From NCBI GenBank assembly GCA_000708835.1, contig DF237333.1, forward strand, positions 1-64,000: a stretch of DNA of 64,000 bases, read 5' to 3'. This document shows, piece by piece, positions 60,401-64,000 of the stretch. How positions within the stretch are numbered: position 1 is the first letter of the stretch; each line of letters opens with the position of its first letter. The DNA comes from Klebsormidium nitens (lineage: Eukaryota; Plantae; Klebsormidiophyceae). Under the pieces are notes generated by a model. The model was not told the DNA's origin. It worked only from the letters and a program-made list of their open reading frames with translations, and searched no databases. Position numbers and translations under genes: made by a program.

Positions 60401-63400
60401 ATATTCCGGGAAAAAGTGGTTGTATTCAGGAAACTGTCGGTAGCTCCACATTCCGGCAATCAAGCATGCACGAGCGCACTGAGACGCCGAGTCCAGCAGC
60501 GGACTCGTCATACACAAACATCAAAACCGTGCAAATCGGAAGCACCATTTTCTCTTCAACTGAAGGCTTTGCAACACGTGTCAACGCACCGAAGCAGCCA
60601 CTGTCTTGAGGGCTGGTCGGCGCACGAATCGAGGCCTGACGTCATTTACTTGATTATGAGACGAGTATCTACTCCCTTCTCAACGGAAGAGTATGAAAGT
60701 GCTCAACCGAGTAAAAGCGAACACATGGCATCAGTCGAGGTGGCAGCAGTCTTATGAGACTGCAAAAATCCAGAGAAGAGTCTCTGTCATAAGCAATTGA
60801 AAGGCGAGCTTAAGCAAACTTTTTATGACGGCATCAGAATGCCTCAAAATGCTCTTGAGCACAACGCTTAACAAGCTCATGGTCAACATTGCCGCCTTAA
60901 AACACAAGCAGTCCGAGTACAGGGGCAGCTAAAAATAGTTCCTAAAAGCATCCTCGCTCTTACAAACGAGGACTTGACGCACCTTTGAGTCCGCAAACAT
61001 GCAACCCACTCCTAGTGACGGCACCCAAGCCGTTGGATACGCCTTAAATTGAAAGGATACTGCTTAACCAAGTATTGACTCAGGACCGATTGGCTTCTCA
61101 TCCGGAGGCTATTGTGAACGAAGTTGTTCAAGTGTGATCCAGCCGCTTCAAGGCTGAAATTTGTTTTAAGGACTGAAGTAAGCAAGGGAAGCCTACATTA
61201 AGTCCGCGACAAGCTCCCATCGGGCTCTCGCTATGTTGGGAGGCGAAAGGAAGGAAGCAAGGACGCTTGAAAAGCCACGACATTATCGCCTTCGCTTCTT
61301 GTAAGCATCCGACTTTAGCCGCTACTGCGTGAAGTGGATAGACAAGCTTAATGAAGGTCTTTTTAAGGTGCTCGATTCGCGACAAGCTACCGTTCCGATC
61401 GACCCGACAGCCTACTGGTCTTTGACATCTTGATAGCGGAACCAGGTTGCGGAAGCCAGGATATTCACATAAAATCTGGATTCATTTTCGCAGAAAGAAA
61501 GCCAGCTTGTGAACACGCATCTGGCTGCTGGTAAAAATAGGCTAGAGGTAAAACGCTGGGCAGTCTGCTCAAGCAGCGCCCTGATTCGTTTCGGGTAAAG
61601 GAGAGGCATCAAGATTAGAGTCAATTTCATGGCTGAGTTCGAGTGCTCAGTAGTAGCTTTATCCCTGCCCGACAGCGAAGAGTGGGGAATCTAGAAGATC
61701 AACCGGAGGGGTTTTCCAACACTCAGCGGCACAGATCAAAAGACAGAGCGTTCAACTTTGACGGTGCGAAGATTTGCTGAGTCCATGACCGAAACGGGAT
61801 CAAACGATGCAGTCTGGCAGGCAAGAAATATATGGACTTGGGCAATTTTGGGCTGTCGCGCAAGCGGATCAGAAAAGAAACAAATGAGACCACACGTGTT
61901 CGCAGCCCTTTGAAACTTGCTAACAAGGGCATCAGCGCAATACACTGATGAAGACTGAGATTTGAAGCTCAGAGGATGGTTTTCATTGCCCCTAAAAAAG
62001 CAGAAAATTTTGCATGAGCATTAGCTCTTTTAAAAGCTTGCTACCATGATGGATAGCAAGTGCGAAAGACGCACCCTTTTTATAGACAAAGTCTGTCTTT
62101 CAAAGTAGGTCGCAGAAATGCCCTCCAAAAAGCCCCGAGCCCCGCGCCTTCCGGCGCGCGACAACCACGACAGATTTGCTCAAGGTTTGGTCAAAGTTGC
62201 GCTTCCCTTCGACGTCCAAATTACCCTGTGATACCAGACCTTCAAAACCTATTACTCGCGCTCACAGGCTTCGAAAACACCTCCAAACTCGAAAACCTAC
62301 GCGCGCGCGCACCTTCTTGGAGCTCGCTCGCGTCGCACTCCAGAAGCGTCCGCGCGTGGCCCAGGAACCAGCGCTGGACCGCGCGCTCGTGCCGCGCCCG
62401 CCCGACGTCCAAACCCGCAAACACCAGCGCGTCCGCGGCCGCCTCCTCCGACAGCTGCGCCAGAAGCCGCTCCGTCGCCTAAGAAGATAGTAAAAAGGGG
62501 TTGATTGTGTCAACCGGGTATACTATTTGATTCGAGAGAGCGAATGGACGGGACCAGAAAGAAGCGAGCTGCGTGGTGCAGACGACGGGCGGAAGCATGT
62601 CTCCAAAACTTGCTGTAGGAACGGCCCGTTGTTTTATCTCGTCCGACCTCAGGGGTGAAAGCTGGGATATTGAGTAGCGGTGCGTCGAGAAGGAAACTTT
62701 TAGTGTAAGCAAAAGATACTCACTTGGATTCAGCTCATCATGCCCGCTGAGAATATGAAACCGCAGACCATCCTGGCACACGTGCAAGGATGGTTTGCCA
62801 ATTTTTAAGGAAAATTAAGGTTTCCTGCACTTAAAATCCCCACGCCCCTCTCCTCAAAGAGCGAAAACGCAATCCACCTCCTTGTAAGACGCTCTCAAAC
62901 CATACGGATGGACACCTGTGACTCCTACCTTGAAGGCGCAAAATTGCCCCAGCTCCTCCCACGTGTGCTTCACCCGCGTCAGCAGCCTTGCCGCCAGCTT
63001 TCCGGCTTCCGCTCCGATCGGTTCCGCTCCGCCCCACACGGCATTGCAGCTACTCTCGTCCGGCTTTTCGTCCCCATCTCCATTTTCCGCACCACCTTTC
63101 CGCTTCTCAGCCGCAAACTTTGTTCCGTCTGTCCGATCGGCTTCCCCGACGACTTCGGTGATCGCCCGCCTCGTGACTGCTTCTGGGTTAGCCGGTACCT
63201 CCGCCGCTTTGACCGCTTCGTCACTTTGTCCGTCAGTTCTGGCCCCATCCACGGATCCGGAACACTCAGCACTTTCTTGCTCTTCCGGCTTGGCTGCCTC
63301 CTTCTGCATACTACCTTCGTCACCTCCTTTCGCAGCGGCTTCCATTCCGGTCGCTTTCCCGGGTTCCGCCGCTTTCCCGCCCACTTCATCCCCGTCTTTC

Positions 63401-63710
63401 ACTCCTCGCGCGTCCGCTTCCGCTTCCGATATCTTTTGTTCCGCCTCCGCCTCAACTCTCTTCTGTTCCGCTTCCGCCGCCCGCCTCTTCTCCTCCTCGC
63501 CGGCCCTTTCCGCTCGGTGAATCAGCTTCTGCAGGCGTCTCATCAGGCCGGAATCGACGACCCCCTCCGAATCGTAATGCAGAACGATCTCGTTGGGAGT
63601 CGGGGCGAAAGTTTCGATGCTGTCCCGGTCCTCGAGTGCGAAGATGGTGCAGTCCAGCGTGCGCTCCAGCGCCGCCATCTGGCGCGCGCAGTCCTTCAGA
63701 TCGGTGACAC
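33482..63710 (-). CDS. DCL: Dicer-like endoribonuclease (helicase, DUF283, PAZ, RNase IIIa, RNase IIIb, two dsRBD); 5'-partial, at least 2362 aa in the window
   Basis: Twenty phase-consistent exons (minus): 63710-62929, 62478-62313, 51143-50611, 49299-49105, 48700-48606, 48288-48064, 47590-47365, 44547-43633, 43153-42489, 42023-41905, 41225-41020, 40640-40428, 39812-38331, 37229-36976, 36598-36450, 36089-35872, 35428-35351, 34941-34720, 34200-34007, 33635-33482. Motifs: CIVFVSR, ATDVAEEGLDIQRCN, HIQSRGRAR, VPAELC, LPSFLHRLE, YERLEMLGDAYLK, LADMVEALIG, YQRLEFLGDALID, PKVLGDLVESVAAA, HPVRELQE. Confidence 0.95.
37229..38150 (-). repeat. About 133-bp tandem repeat of the acceptor plus the first ~75 nt of the Dicer RNase IIIa exon, interrupted by the gap
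   Basis: Copies start at 38135 and 38002 (minus); the authentic exon starts at 37229. They share GGCC.GAAA.TTCT.GCGGAC..GGTGGAAGCCCT..TCGG.GTGCACCACGTGGA.GGCGG. Confidence 0.85.
37238..37905. other. Assembly gap (668 N)
   Basis: Run of N between copies of the ~133-bp repeat. Confidence 1.
43171..43235. repeat. 14-bp minisatellite (GGTCAAAGAGATAT)n, about 5 copies
   Basis: Directly visible, about 15 nt upstream of the Dicer acceptor at 43154-43156. Confidence 0.9.
48772..48939 (-). repeat. Imperfect inverted repeat / fold-back in a Dicer intron
   Basis: 48792-48809 (CCGGAGCCAAACCGGGGC) is the reverse complement of 48903-48920 (GCCCCGGTTTGACTCCGG) with one mismatch. Pairing continues in register on both sides. 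Confidence 0.75.
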
Positions 63711-64000
63711 CTGGCGCGACGAGAGTGGGACGACAACTTCACTTAGTTTGCGGCCCGTCGACCTTGTGCGCCTTGTAGGGGGCGCTTTAGACGGATGAAT
63801 TCACAAAACGAGGATTGACAACACCCTTTTTCAACCGTTCGTCTGCTAGCCCTATTTTAAGACCCTTCCAAAGTCACAGCTCAAAGCACTTAGCACTGAT
63901 CAGAAAGCGACGTAGACCGCCTCTAACACAGCTCTACCTTTCCTTCGAGTTCGACTCTTGCTGAGAAAGCTCGATTGCACAAATGAAGCACGCTCGCTCG

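Noticed and set aside
51144-62312. Nested gene or retroelement in the giant intron (e.g. ORFs 54146-54814, 58861-59253, 62060-62482)
   Set aside because: The ORFs are short, lack exon-like composition and show no RT, integrase or transposase motifs. Short palindromes near 56137 and 58313 are within chance expectation.

Overview
This window is intron-rich eukaryotic genomic DNA with GC-rich exons, GT/GC-AG introns and one 668-N scaffold gap. Gene content and style suggest a streptophyte green alga such as Klebsormidium (inference only). Six spliced genes were reconstructed by hand, each with consistent exon phases. They are: a 7-exon Kyakuja-Dileera-Zisupton (KDZ)-type transposase (-), a plastid-type phenylalanine hydroxylase (+), a GT34 glycosyltransferase (+), a ferric reductase FRO (+), a Q/G-rich vWA-domain protein (-), and a large Dicer-like gene (-) with 20 exons in the window, a 5' end outside it and an 11.2-kb intron. 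A Tourist/PIF-Harbinger-like MITE lies upstream of FRO. Two signals stand out. First, tandem 'echo' duplications are anchored on coding boundaries at six places in three genes, including an array of the Dicer RNase IIIa catalytic exon start. Second, a long fold-back lies in a Dicer intron and pairs better on the transcribed strand.
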